Assembly: GCF_000195755.1 (NCBI RefSeq)
Contig: NC_002937.3
Span: forward strand, 2,280,001-2,312,000
DNA length: 32,000 nucleotides
Direction of reading: 5' to 3'
Source: Nitratidesulfovibrio vulgaris str. Hildenborough
GTDB taxonomy: Bacteria > Desulfobacterota > Desulfovibrionia > Desulfovibrionales > Desulfovibrionaceae
The notes beneath the pieces were generated by a model. The model saw only the letters and a list, made by a program, of their open reading frames with translations, had not been told where the DNA came from and ran no database searches. The position numbers and the translations under genes were made by a program. Shown here one piece after another: positions 8,724-15,677 of this stretch. Positions within the stretch are counted from its first letter, which is position 1. Each line of letters begins with the position of its first letter.

Positions 8724-8807
8724 TTACGCCACGCCACAGAGACCGGACAGGGTTGCGGCGGCTGTGGCCTTGCCGCAGCCTATGCCGCCGAAGATGCCGA
8801 TGGTCAT
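8724..8807 (-). CDS. 27-aa micro-ORF (MTIGIFGGIGCGKATAAATLSGLCGVA), translationally coupled on both sides
   Basis: AGGAG lies 7 nt upstream. Its ATG overlaps the stop of the CII-like gene (ATGA), and its TAA abuts the primase ATG. Third-codon positions are G+C-rich. Too short for the ORF track. Confidence 0.35.
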   Translation of the reverse strand: MTIGIFGGIGCGKATAAATLSGLCGVA

Positions 8808-9244
8808 GGTTTCGCTCCTGAAGCCGCCTGCTCTTCATCGATCTGGCGCGCGAGGCAGTCTTCCGCTTCTTTGATGGCCTTCTGCAGAAGTGGCCGGGTC
8901 TGCTCTACGGGGCAGCCCGCCTGTTGTGCCTTGAAGAACTCGGCCAATGCGATGGTGGCTTGCGTCTGCTCATGGTCGAGACTGCGCCCATCAGGGGATG
9001 CCGTGACGAGTTCGAGGCGGTACCCGAGTCCGGCGGCCAGATAGGAGACCGGTTCTACCGTGCGAAGTGCCTTACAAAAGGCAAGGAGATCGTCAGCCGA
9101 GAACTTGGCGTTGGAAATTTCGGGGTTCAGCTGGTTCATCAGCGTCGAATACGGCACCCCCACCTCGACGCTGATCTGCTTCGCAGGAAGATCAGATTCC
9201 TCAAGAATCCTCTTGAGCATTCCCGACAGAAAGCGGTCACGCAT
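8804..9244 (-). CDS. Phage regulatory protein, CII (P2/186 CP76-like) family
   Basis: From ATG 9244 (GGGAGA lies 5 nt upstream): MRDRFLSGMLKRILEESDLPAKQISVEVGVPYSTLMNQLNPEISNAKFSADDLLAF. This parallels the TLRNKLNPEQ...F.P.EL motif of phage 186 CII as I recall it. Confidence 0.7.
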   Translation of the reverse strand: MRDRFLSGMLKRILEESDLPAKQISVEVGVPYSTLMNQLNPEISNAKFSADDLLAFCKALRTVEPVSYLAAGLGYRLELVTASPDGRSLDHEQTQATIALAEFFKAQQAGCPVEQTRPLLQKAIKEAEDCLARQIDEEQAASGAKP

Positions 9245-9317
9245 GAAAGTCTCCCATGGCGTTTGAGAAAAAACATTGCGAAGTTCTGCTTTAAGAAGAG
9301 CTGGACGCCTGCCATGG

Positions 9318-9512
9318 TTAAGCATGACAGGCGTCGCCCTGCGGCAGCTCGATATGCTCAAGAAGCAGTCTGGCCAGACGACGCTGCGTTTGTGTCATCC
9401 GCCCGGAACTCTGGAGCCGATAGAGTTGCCGACGTGAGACCCCAAGCTCTTCAGCGGCCCGTAAGCCGCCTAGCTTCGAGACAAGTTGTTCGAGAAGTTG
9501 GGCGTCATTCAT
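9318..9512 (-). CDS. Small Cro/CI-like HTH regulator (64 aa), probably translated from a leaderless mRNA
   Basis: The HTH is LGGLRAAEELGVSRRQLYRLQSSG. The ATG at 9512 has no Shine-Dalgarno sequence and sits exactly 6 nt after a TATTAT -10 element. The ORF-track start at 9530 is a TTG inside the operator. Confidence 0.6.
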   Translation of the reverse strand: MNDAQLLEQLVSKLGGLRAAEELGVSRRQLYRLQSSGRMTQTQRRLARLLLEHIELPQGDACHA

Positions 9513-9547
9513 GGGGGAATAATATGACAACTTGTCACGTCAATCAA
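9480..9547 (-). promoter_or_regulatory. Switch region A: operator-like palindromes GACAAgTTGTt (9480-9490) and GACAAcTTGTC (9526-9536), plus minus-strand promoter TTGATT(9542-9547)-17-TATTAT(9519-9524)
   Basis: Read directly. The perfect palindrome occupies spacer positions 6-16 of the promoter. Confidence 0.5.
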
Positions 9548-9589
9548 CGACAATCATATCCACTGCCGAAAGAGGTGCCTCTGCGTTAT

Positions 9590-9883
9590 ATGGTTGTGAT
9601 GCCGAAACCATCACTCGAAGAAGCCATCGTTGCCGTGTTCAACAACCTCGTAGAGACCTACGAGCCCACCCCCCGTAAGTTCGCCATGCGCGCCGTAACG
9701 TGGGTCATTCCCGGTGCGCGGCCAAAGACGTGGGAGCGGTGGAGTTCGCGCGAGACGAGGGCTGTGCCCATCCGTGAGGTCGAAATCCTTGCAGCAGCGT
9801 TCAACCTCTCGTTCGAGCAGATCATCCATCGCGCCCGGCACTATCAGGAGACCGGGGCGTTTCTTCCGCTAACGCCCGCCTAG
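9590..9883 (+). CDS. XRE-like HTH regulator, divergent from the Cro-like gene
   Basis: 97 aa from ATG 9590, with AGAGG about 12 nt upstream. An in-frame ATG at 9524 lies inside the operator. Third-codon positions are G+C-rich. The C-terminal segment TWERWSSRETRAVPIREVEILAAAFNLSFEQII resembles the distal half of XRE-type HTH domains. Confidence 0.55.
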   Translation: MVVMPKPSLEEAIVAVFNNLVETYEPTPRKFAMRAVTWVIPGARPKTWERWSSRETRAVPIREVEILAAAFNLSFEQIIHRARHYQETGAFLPLTPA

Positions 9884-10034
9884 CCACCTCGCTGCCGTCT
9901 ATCATCTCCGCTATCGCCTCAAGCCTTCCGGCCAGGAGCTGCAAGACATAGTCGCGCGGCTCGCCGCAACCGCCTTCGCTGGCCATCCAGCGAAGCGTTC
10001 CTGCTATTTCATCCAGCTCTGAAAGCAGACCCAT
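9822..10034 (-). CDS. Hypothetical small protein (70 aa)
   Basis: ATG 10034 is preceded by GGAGG at 5-nt spacing. Third-position G+C is moderate. The 3' end overlaps the convergent 9590-9883 CDS by 62 nt, which lowers confidence. Confidence 0.35.
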   Translation of the reverse strand: MGLLSELDEIAGTLRWMASEGGCGEPRDYVLQLLAGRLEAIAEMIDGSEVARRALAEETPRSPDSAGRDG

Positions 10035-10121
10035 CACATCCTCCAGTGTGAGACACCTCATCGGCGAATATCCACGTCGAGCAACGGGTGTGCCTCGTGG
10101 ATTTTTTGTCGCCCGTTTCGA

Positions 10122-10171
10122 GACAAATTGTCATTTTTTTTGTTGACTGGCGAGACAATTTGTCACAGCAT
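10122..10171 (+). promoter_or_regulatory. Switch region B: two perfect palindromes GACAAaTTGTC (10122-10132) and GACAAtTTGTC (10154-10164), plus plus-strand promoter TTGACT(10143-10148)-17-CAGCAT(10166-10171)
   Basis: Read directly. A T9 tract lies just upstream of the -35. The second palindrome again occupies spacer positions 6-16. Confidence 0.5.
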
Positions 10172-10348
10172 GGGCCATCGAAACCGAGCAACCCAGAGCA
10201 GCGCCATACGGCAGAGGTCTGGGAGAACGCGGTGACGATACCCCCTGCGAGTACCGAGCACGGCAAGCCGCAAGCCCTAGGGAGCGGGAAGGCACGCGAC
10301 GGCAGGGAATGGGGGCTCAAACGGGAACGCCAAACGACGGAGGCAGCC

Positions 10349-10453
10349 ATGGGCATCAGCAAGAGGACGCCACGAGAGGCGATAGGCAACGTTCTGGTTC
10401 TTCGGCTCGTCATCATCGCGCAGTTGGCGGCGCACGAGGTGGACCATGCCTGA
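10349..10453 (+). CDS. 34-aa micro-ORF, first gene of the plus-strand operon
   Basis: GGAGG (10339-10343) lies 5 nt before the ATG. Third-codon positions are G+C-rich. The stop overlaps the next ATG region by 8 nt. It is the last 34 codons of the 121-aa ORF-track entry. Confidence 0.4.
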   Translation: MGISKRTPREAIGNVLVLRLVIIAQLAAHEVDHA

Positions 10454-10601
10454 CATGAACTACCGCTACGACGCCGACCTGCACAAACTGGTGACGCTGG
10501 TCCGCATGGGGGCACACACCCTGCGCCTTGCCGCCGACACCCTGCCCGCCCTGCGTACCTTGTGGTTGCAGCACATCCGGCACGGCTTCGTCCCTGCGTA
10601 G
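10446..10601 (+). CDS. 51-aa hypothetical protein (MPDMNYRYDADLHKLVTLVRMGAHTLRL...)
   Basis: ATG with a GAGGTGG-like Shine-Dalgarno sequence and G+C-rich third-codon positions. Below the ORF-track length cutoff. Confidence 0.45.
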   Translation: MPDMNYRYDADLHKLVTLVRMGAHTLRLAADTLPALRTLWLQHIRHGFVPA

Positions 10602-10607
10602 GTGGCC

Positions 10608-10706
10608 ATGCTCAGTAGATTCAACCGATGGATGGACGACCGGGGCTATGCGTGGCTGTTCCTCGCATGCTGCATCGCCGCCGCTCTTCTCTGGGGCATG
10701 CCATGA
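10608..10706 (+). CDS. 32-aa single-pass membrane peptide (MLSRFNRWMDDRGYAWLFLACCIAAALLWGMP)
   Basis: AGGTGG lies upstream. The core is hydrophobic. Its TGA overlaps the next ATG (ATGA). Confidence 0.4.
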   Translation: MLSRFNRWMDDRGYAWLFLACCIAAALLWGMP

Positions 10707-11182
10707 CCGTCTACTGCAAGGACAAACGTACAGCCCTGAACGACCGCCACTGCCTGTTGCGCCACATCCATTCCGTCAGGACGGAGCAGCGCCTCCAATG
10801 CGCCGAATGCCGCATAGGGCGCACCTTGGCGGAGAACGGGCTACCCCGGCCCGTGCACCACAAGGCCAGCAAGCCCCGCGTAAAGATGGTCACCCCGCTA
10901 CGCCCGGACTCTGGCGTCGAACTTGCCGCCGTACTGCTGCGGGCCATGCTTGAGGCAAGCGCCGGCCGCGTGTCGCTGTCCCGCCTTTTCAAGGCCTACA
11001 ACGATGCCGCCAACGCGCTGGGCCTTCCCGCCACATCACCCGGCGGGCTTGCGAAACGGCTCCGTAGCCGGGGGTGCTCGACCGTCATCACCGATGCCGG
11101 GCAGGTCATCACCGCCAGCAAGGGCACGCGCCGCTTCGTCTCTTCATCCATGCCGCGAAACCACGGCAAGAACGCAAGGTGA
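10703..11182 (+). CDS. Hypothetical phage protein with an N-terminal Cys cluster (159 aa)
   Basis: ATGA-coupled start with G+C-rich third-codon positions. Cys pattern is C...C...CAEC. No family recognised. Confidence 0.6.
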   Translation: MTVYCKDKRTALNDRHCLLRHIHSVRTEQRLQCAECRIGRTLAENGLPRPVHHKASKPRVKMVTPLRPDSGVELAAVLLRAMLEASAGRVSLSRLFKAYNDAANALGLPATSPGGLAKRLRSRGCSTVITDAGQVITASKGTRRFVSSSMPRNHGKNAR

Positions 11183-11228
11183 ACGCCATGAGAATTGCCC
11201 GACCGCATAGGCAAGCCGGGGGTGCCGC

Positions 11229-11918
11229 ATGAGCGACAAGCGCCGCCCCGACGCGACCATGCGTCTGCACCGGCCCACGGGCGAAGTGGTGCGCATCGAA
11301 ATCTTCCGCTCCGAGCAGTGGCCCACACGGCCCGAGGCACAGCCCAACGCCTTTCGCATCCGCCTCGATGGTCGCTGGTGGCCAGAGGCGAAGACCATGG
11401 ACGAGATCCACTTCGCCAGCCCCTACGGCATTGGCCAGCTTGTGACCCGGCTCGTGTCGGCGTCGTTCGGCATCCCTTCGGGGAGTCCCGGCAGCGAAGA
11501 ACCGCCCGTGCACAAGGGCGACGTGGTGCGCGTCTACGCCGATGGACGCATCACGCGGTCACGGGCACTTGGCGACGCCGCCCGCGATCCCGCGACGATG
11601 GAATGGATGGTGCGGGTCATCGGCTTCCAGCAGCCGCAACGTGTCGACGCGCTGCTACCGCCGCCGAACGAACCCCAATCGGTTCCCGCCTGCATGACCG
11701 TCTGCACGTCATGCGGCAACGTCACCGCCGGAAGCGACGACCTCTTTCAGCCATGCCTCAACTGCGACGGCAACGAACGACTCCTCGTCCGGGCTGCCGA
11801 GCTTGGCGAACTGGCCCTCCTCAGCCGTAAGGTGGATTCCATGGCGCGTGAAGAGGGCCTCTGCGGGCACATCGCCCGACAGATCATCGAACCACCGCAG
11901 GAGGATACCGATGCGTAG
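11229..11918 (+). CDS. Hypothetical phage protein with a C-terminal zinc-ribbon (CTSCG...CLNCDG)
   Basis: 229-aa ORF with G+C-rich third-codon positions. No family recognised. Confidence 0.7.
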   Translation: MSDKRRPDATMRLHRPTGEVVRIEIFRSEQWPTRPEAQPNAFRIRLDGRWWPEAKTMDEIHFASPYGIGQLVTRLVSASFGIPSGSPGSEEPPVHKGDVVRVYADGRITRSRALGDAARDPATMEWMVRVIGFQQPQRVDALLPPPNEPQSVPACMTVCTSCGNVTAGSDDLFQPCLNCDGNERLLVRAAELGELALLSRKVDSMAREEGLCGHIARQIIEPPQEDTDA

Positions 11919-12168
11919 CGTCCGTCTCATGCCGGCTTCCGCCATCATCGCAGAAGAGGCTGGCACCCTGCTCCACGACGTGGAGAGGCTCTTCAATCGC
12001 AGCGGCCTCAACCCGGCGGACAAGTTCGCGCTGGCCAACGTCCGCATGGCCCTGCGCCGCGTCAGAGACAGACACCGCCAGTGCATGGGCGTGGACATGC
12101 CTGACGCCGCACCGGAATCACCCTGCATTTCGTGCCATCGCGCCCTACGCGAGAACCAGACGCCCTAG
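11911..12168 (+). CDS. Hypothetical phage protein (85 aa)
   Basis: ATG 11911 is preceded by GCAGGAGGA and overlaps the upstream stop by 8 nt. Confidence 0.6.
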   Translation: MRSVRLMPASAIIAEEAGTLLHDVERLFNRSGLNPADKFALANVRMALRRVRDRHRQCMGVDMPDAAPESPCISCHRALRENQTP

Positions 12169-12475
12169 CGTCCGGCTCCGAGACGTCCCCGGCGATTCGC
12201 CCCCGGATAGCCGGGGCATGAGGAAATCGGGCCGGGTAGCCCGCACCACGACACCTTCGCACGCACGGCGCGGCGAGAAGCGGGCAGCCGAAACACGCCG
12301 GGGGTGGACGACGACACCCCTGGCCAAACCGGAAGAGATGAAACGCAAGGCAAGCCATGAGATGCGCGGCGCTCTCAACCGGGAAAACATCACCCGGTGC
12401 CGGGACGGAAGCAGACAGGCCTACAGCATTGTCGACCACCAGACACACCGATCAGGCTGCATGAAGGAGAAAGAC

Positions 12476-12763
12476 ATGATGAACGTTGAAGAGATCAAGG
12501 AAATCTACTCCGGCCAGATTGCCGAAGCCATACGCGAGGCCATGGCCCCGGTCGTCGAACTCCAGTCCATCGCGGTGAAGTTCACCCTGACCGCCAACGA
12601 GGTGAGCCGCCTCTACGGTATCAGCGAGTCGCTGCTCGAGAAGCTGCGTGCGGCCGGAAGGGGGCCTGCCTATATACAGGCAGCGCACAAGGGCAAGGTG
12701 CTCTACACCAGAAAGGCCATGGAGGACTGGCTGGCCCGCAACACCTTCCAGACGCAAGCCTAG
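12476..12763 (+). CDS. xis: Excisionase-type HTH DNA-binding protein
   Basis: 95 aa from ATG 12476, with AAGGAGAAAG upstream. The segment FTLTANEVSRLYGISESLLEKLRAAGRGPAYIQ...VLYTRKAMEDWL fits the excisionase/MerR-like HTH pattern. Its stop lies back-to-back with the integrase stop (TAGCTA). Confidence 0.75.
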   Translation: MMNVEEIKEIYSGQIAEAIREAMAPVVELQSIAVKFTLTANEVSRLYGISESLLEKLRAAGRGPAYIQAAHKGKVLYTRKAMEDWLARNTFQTQA

Positions 12764-13843
12764 CTACAGGATTCCGTCGAGCTGATTCACGGCCTCGCGC
12801 CGCGTGTCGGGGGCCAGCTTCGCGTAGCGTCTGGTCATCTCGACGACGCTGTGCCCCATGAGGTCTGCAACCGTATAGAGAGGTACGCCTCGCTGGACGA
12901 GCCACGAGGCGAAGGTGTGGCGCAAGGTGTGGAACACGACCTTGTGCCGCGCATCATCCACCCCGTCATTGAGTTCCAGATCGCGGACAACCCGGACGAA
13001 CGTCTGGTTGATCGTCCGCATCCCCTCACCCGACGCCTTGGTGAAAACGAACTCCTCGGGTCGGCGACCAACCACATACCGCGCCAGCACCCGCGCCAGA
13101 TCTTCCGTCATGCTCGCCATGCGGCTACCAGACTTGGCGTCCATCACGGCGATGACCCGTGCGTCAATGTTGACGTGCTGCACCTTGAGCGAAAAGATCT
13201 CGCGCAGCCGCAACCCTGCGAACAGCGAGACCCTGCACACATCGGCGAACTGGGGAGAACGGCAGTCCAGCTCCTCAAGAAGCCAGCGGGCCTCTTTGGG
13301 CGACAGGAAACGCATCCGGGCATTGTCTACACGCTTGACGACCACGCCATCCGTGGGCGTAGGGCCGTGATACACACCCCACCCCGCCATACGGCGGTAC
13401 AGACGCTTCACGAGGCCGACAGCATGGACTCGCGTCTGTGGTGACAAGTCACCCATCCGGCGCAGCAACTCGTTGATGTCGACGGTCTTGACCTCATCCA
13501 TCCTGCGAGAACCGATCACCGGCTCGATGTGCTTCAGGTACAGTGAGCGGTCTGTCTTATAGGATGACTTGGACGCCAGCCAGTCTCGGCAGTAGAGCGT
13601 CCATGCATCCCCTACCGTCATGTTCGCCCGGACGACCTGCTTCGAGAGGCGCACCGCATCGGCACGGAGTGCCGAGGCCAGCTGCGGGGTCATGCCGTCC
13701 GACCTCCACCCCGCCCTCTTCCAGACGAGCTTACCCTCGACCTTGATGCAATAGTCGTAGGCGACGTCTGCCTTGCCCTGGTATTTTCTCGTGGTTGACG
13801 CCACTTCGAAAACGCCTGTAAACCTCGTTTTACGACGTGCCAC
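12764..13843 (-). CDS. int: Tyrosine recombinase / phage integrase
   Basis: 359 aa. Catalytic-region motifs are FAGLRLREI and HTLRHTFASWLVQRGVPLYTVADLMGHSVVEMTRRYAKL. The GTG start at 13843 is preceded by GGGAGGG. It lies next to the tRNA-derived att. Confidence 0.92.
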   Translation of the reverse strand: MARRKTRFTGVFEVASTTRKYQGKADVAYDYCIKVEGKLVWKRAGWRSDGMTPQLASALRADAVRLSKQVVRANMTVGDAWTLYCRDWLASKSSYKTDRSLYLKHIEPVIGSRRMDEVKTVDINELLRRMGDLSPQTRVHAVGLVKRLYRRMAGWGVYHGPTPTDGVVVKRVDNARMRFLSPKEARWLLEELDCRSPQFADVCRVSLFAGLRLREIFSLKVQHVNIDARVIAVMDAKSGSRMASMTEDLARVLARYVVGRRPEEFVFTKASGEGMRTINQTFVRVVRDLELNDGVDDARHKVVFHTLRHTFASWLVQRGVPLYTVADLMGHSVVEMTRRYAKLAPDTRREAVNQLDGIL

Positions 13844-13856
13844 GACGCCCTCCCGT

Positions 13857-13904
13857 AGCTAACTTTTGGCTAACCAAGTAGCGTGGCTAACCCTACAGCT
13901 AACC
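13857..13904 (+). repeat. Four direct RGCTAAC(C) repeats: candidate arm-type integrase binding sites
   Basis: AGCTAAC at 13857-13863, GGCTAACC at 13868-13875, GGCTAACC at 13885-13892 and AGCTAACC at 13897-13904. All lie between int and the att core. Confidence 0.5.
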
Positions 13905-14004
13905 TTTTTCAGAGGCAAACTACGGGCAAATGAGGGCTATCAGAATTTGCAACCATCTGTTATGATGCACAATGCGGAAAGTTCAGACAGAGTGCGGACA
14001 AGGT

Positions 14005-14057
14005 TGCACAGCTTCCCAAGCTGAAGGTCGCGGGTTCAAATCCCGTTTCCCGCTCCA
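14005..14057 (+). other. 3' portion of a tRNA-Gly(CCC) gene (anticodon arm to CCA): probable attachment-site junction
   Basis: Anticodon stem-loop acagc-TTCCCAA-gctga, variable loop aggtc, T arm GCGGG-TTCAAAT-CCCGT, acceptor strand TTCCCGC plus TCCA. The upstream sequence cannot form a D arm, and the best full-length fold is 84 nt with an aberrant D region. Confidence 0.6.
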
Positions 14058-14064
14058 GAATTCA

Positions 14065-14090
14065 ATGCCTCACGAGAAATCGTGAGGCAT
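14065..14090 (+). terminator. Stem-loop terminator following the tRNA fragment
   Basis: atgcctcacga-gaaa-tcgtgaggcat is a perfect 11-bp stem followed by ttcgctttg. Confidence 0.6.
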
Positions 14091-14217
14091 TTCGCTTTGA
14101 TACGCAATCAAACGCTTTGACATGATGCCGTAGCGAATTGGCGCAGACAATTCGGCTGCCCCCAGGGGGGGCTTGAGGCGTCGCTGGCGCATCAGGACTG
14201 CAGCGTCAGACGCGCCC

Positions 14218-14415
14218 TCAAGAAACCGGGCTATTCCAGTGCCCGCAATTCTCGCATGAAAAGCCCGAATGGCTTGGCGTGCCGTCGGCTGCAAGCTCTA
14301 TCTCGACCTCGTTCAGCGTACCGCAATTCCCGCAGGGAATGCGCGCCATGCCAGCATCGGGCGCGTAGTCGCATTCCTCACCATTGATGGTGACCGTTGC
14401 CGTGAAGTCTGCCAT
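14218..14415 (-). CDS. Small zinc-ribbon protein (65 aa)
   Basis: Strong Shine-Dalgarno sequence (AAGGAAGGAG) 7 nt upstream of the ATG. Two CxxC pairs are present (CGNC, CENC). Third-codon positions are G+C-rich. Confidence 0.65.
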   Translation of the reverse strand: MADFTATVTINGEECDYAPDAGMARIPCGNCGTLNEVEIELAADGTPSHSGFSCENCGHWNSPVS

Positions 14416-14465
14416 GACGTACTCCTTCCTTGCGCTATGGACGTAGGCATAAAAACTTTCCCCTC

Positions 14466-14495
14466 ATTATAGCGCGTACGGCGTGCCACAGGCAA
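14466..14495 (-). promoter_or_regulatory. Candidate sigma70-type promoter for the zinc-ribbon gene: TTGCCT-18-TATAAT
   Basis: On the minus strand there is a perfect TATAAT (plus coordinates 14466-14471) and TTGCCT (14490-14495), about 50 nt upstream of the ATG. Confidence 0.4.
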
Positions 14496-14813
14496 GAAGA
14501 CGGACAGCATGGCCAGCTAAAGAAGCCATTGACAGCAGGCAACGCCCGACAGATATCCTCGCCCTGCCCGATATTATAGAAACATTTCGAATGATCATCA
14601 TATGTTTTACGATAACAATATTACCCTTACTTCTATTGCATGCAACCTTCTTCCCCACTGCCAAGTGGCAAGCGACAAGAAGGTAGGGCATTTTCACTTT
14701 TCCACCAACACCACATCCCACTCCTACTAGTATTCCCTGTTTTTTACTGCTACACAGCGCCCGTGTTCCCTACACTTCGTGGATTCGTGAAAATGCATAA
14801 AGAGGGAGAGTCT

Positions 14814-15194
14814 ATGGCCCGCATAAAGACGCTGGCTGGCGCTGTACTTCTGGTGACTACCGTGACAGTGCCTACTGCGTATGCGTCGGACGTGGAAGAT
14901 GTTGTAGAAGTGGCAAGTGACATTGTTGAGCTGATCCGTGAGGTAAGCGGTGCACGGCACCGATACGAGGATAACCGCTCTGAATCGTATCGCCGTGAAT
15001 GGCTCGAACAACGTGATCGCCTCGAAGAACTGCGCACTGATGAGATATCGAGGCTGGCAGGTGTGTCACGCGGGGCGATTCGTGACATGCGCTCTCGTGA
15101 TTACGGGTGGGACGCCATCTGCGACATTTATCACATCAATCCTAAGCGGATAGGGCTTAAGGCGCATCAGGGCCGTGACGATGATGACGACTAG
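14814..15194 (+). CDS. Secreted/periplasmic hypothetical protein (126 aa) with an acidic DDDDD C-terminus
   Basis: ATG 14814 is preceded by GAGGGAGAG. The signal peptide is MARIKTLAGAVLLVTTVTVPTAYA, followed by SD. A hairpin follows the gene. Confidence 0.65.
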   Translation: MARIKTLAGAVLLVTTVTVPTAYASDVEDVVEVASDIVELIREVSGARHRYEDNRSESYRREWLEQRDRLEELRTDEISRLAGVSRGAIRDMRSRDYGWDAICDIYHINPKRIGLKAHQGRDDDDD

Positions 15195-15230
15195 CCAGTA
15201 GCCGCGCCCAAGAGCGCCATCGCAAACAAT

Positions 15231-15260
15231 AGAAGGGCATCTCATGTGAGGTGCCCTTCT
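15231..15260 (+). terminator. Stem-loop terminator candidate
   Basis: agaagggca ... tgcccttct is a 9-bp stem with an internally paired 12-nt loop, followed by tcttc. Confidence 0.5.
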
Positions 15261-15536
15261 TCTTCGACTATTCCAATGCTGTGAGCACTCCTGACAGTCA
15301 CGGGAGCATGAAAACCACCTATTGACGGCACGCGGTCACCACTGGTGTTACAGGGGTCCTGTGCACCAGAGGCATGCTTGCCCAAAAAACTGTTTGTTGA
15401 TCATTCAAGAATCTCTTTCAGAGTGTACCCATGCGCCAAAAACAAGTGCCACGTAGCCTATCGCCCCTCATCCCCATTTGACACCCCTACTGTACAGGAC
15501 GAGTATTCACCTGACCCTACCGTACCCATAGGGATG

Positions 15537-15677
15537 TTACTCAGGTTGTCTTCTTTCGGCAGCCTTCGCAAAGGCTTGGCTGGTAGTCCGAACGCTCATG
15601 CTCATGCCCTGGTGGGGCCGCTCTTTGTTGTAGTGATGCAGATAGGCGCCGAGGCCTACCTGCATTCCCTCCAGCCC
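15537..15677 (-). pseudogene. Remnant of a DDE transposase / integrase-core (rve) C-terminus
   Basis: The minus-strand frame reads GLEGMQVGLGAYLHHYNKERPHQGMSMSVRTTSQAFAKAAERRQPE-stop. It contains the hallmark YN..RPH..L/M motif of IS3/IS481-type transposase C-termini. It is bounded upstream by an in-frame TGA, so only 46 codons survive. Confidence 0.6.

Larger units (their letters stand above)
1..14057. mobile_element. Integrated phage-like element (prophage or phage satellite); right boundary at a tRNA-Gly-derived att site, left boundary outside the window
   Basis: Contiguous block of integrase, excisionase-type HTH, XRE/Cro/CII-type regulators, P4-type primase-helicase, and TerS-like and GpA-type TerL genes. 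It ends next to a 3' tRNA fragment. No second att copy or tRNA seen in 1-1700. Confidence 0.8.

Noticed and set aside
9245-9361. N-terminal extension of the CII-like ORF to 9361, which would overlap the Cro-like gene's 3' end.
   Set aside because: The internal ATG 9244 has a good GGGAGA site. The homologous CII-type domain starts there, and the extension is Arg/Pro-rich.
10088-10348. Upstream 87 codons of the 121-aa ORF 10088-10453.
   Set aside because: This part overlaps both operator palindromes and the promoter and has no start signal. Only the last 34 codons follow a strong GGAGG and show coding-like third positions.
13974-14057. Possible full-length 84-nt tRNA (acceptor GCGGAAA pairing with TTCCCGC).
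   Set aside because: No D stem can be formed, the D region would be about 25 nt, the acceptor has a mismatch, and the anticodon stem has only 4 pairs. I interpret only the 3' part (from about 14005) as genuine tRNA sequence, that is, an att junction.
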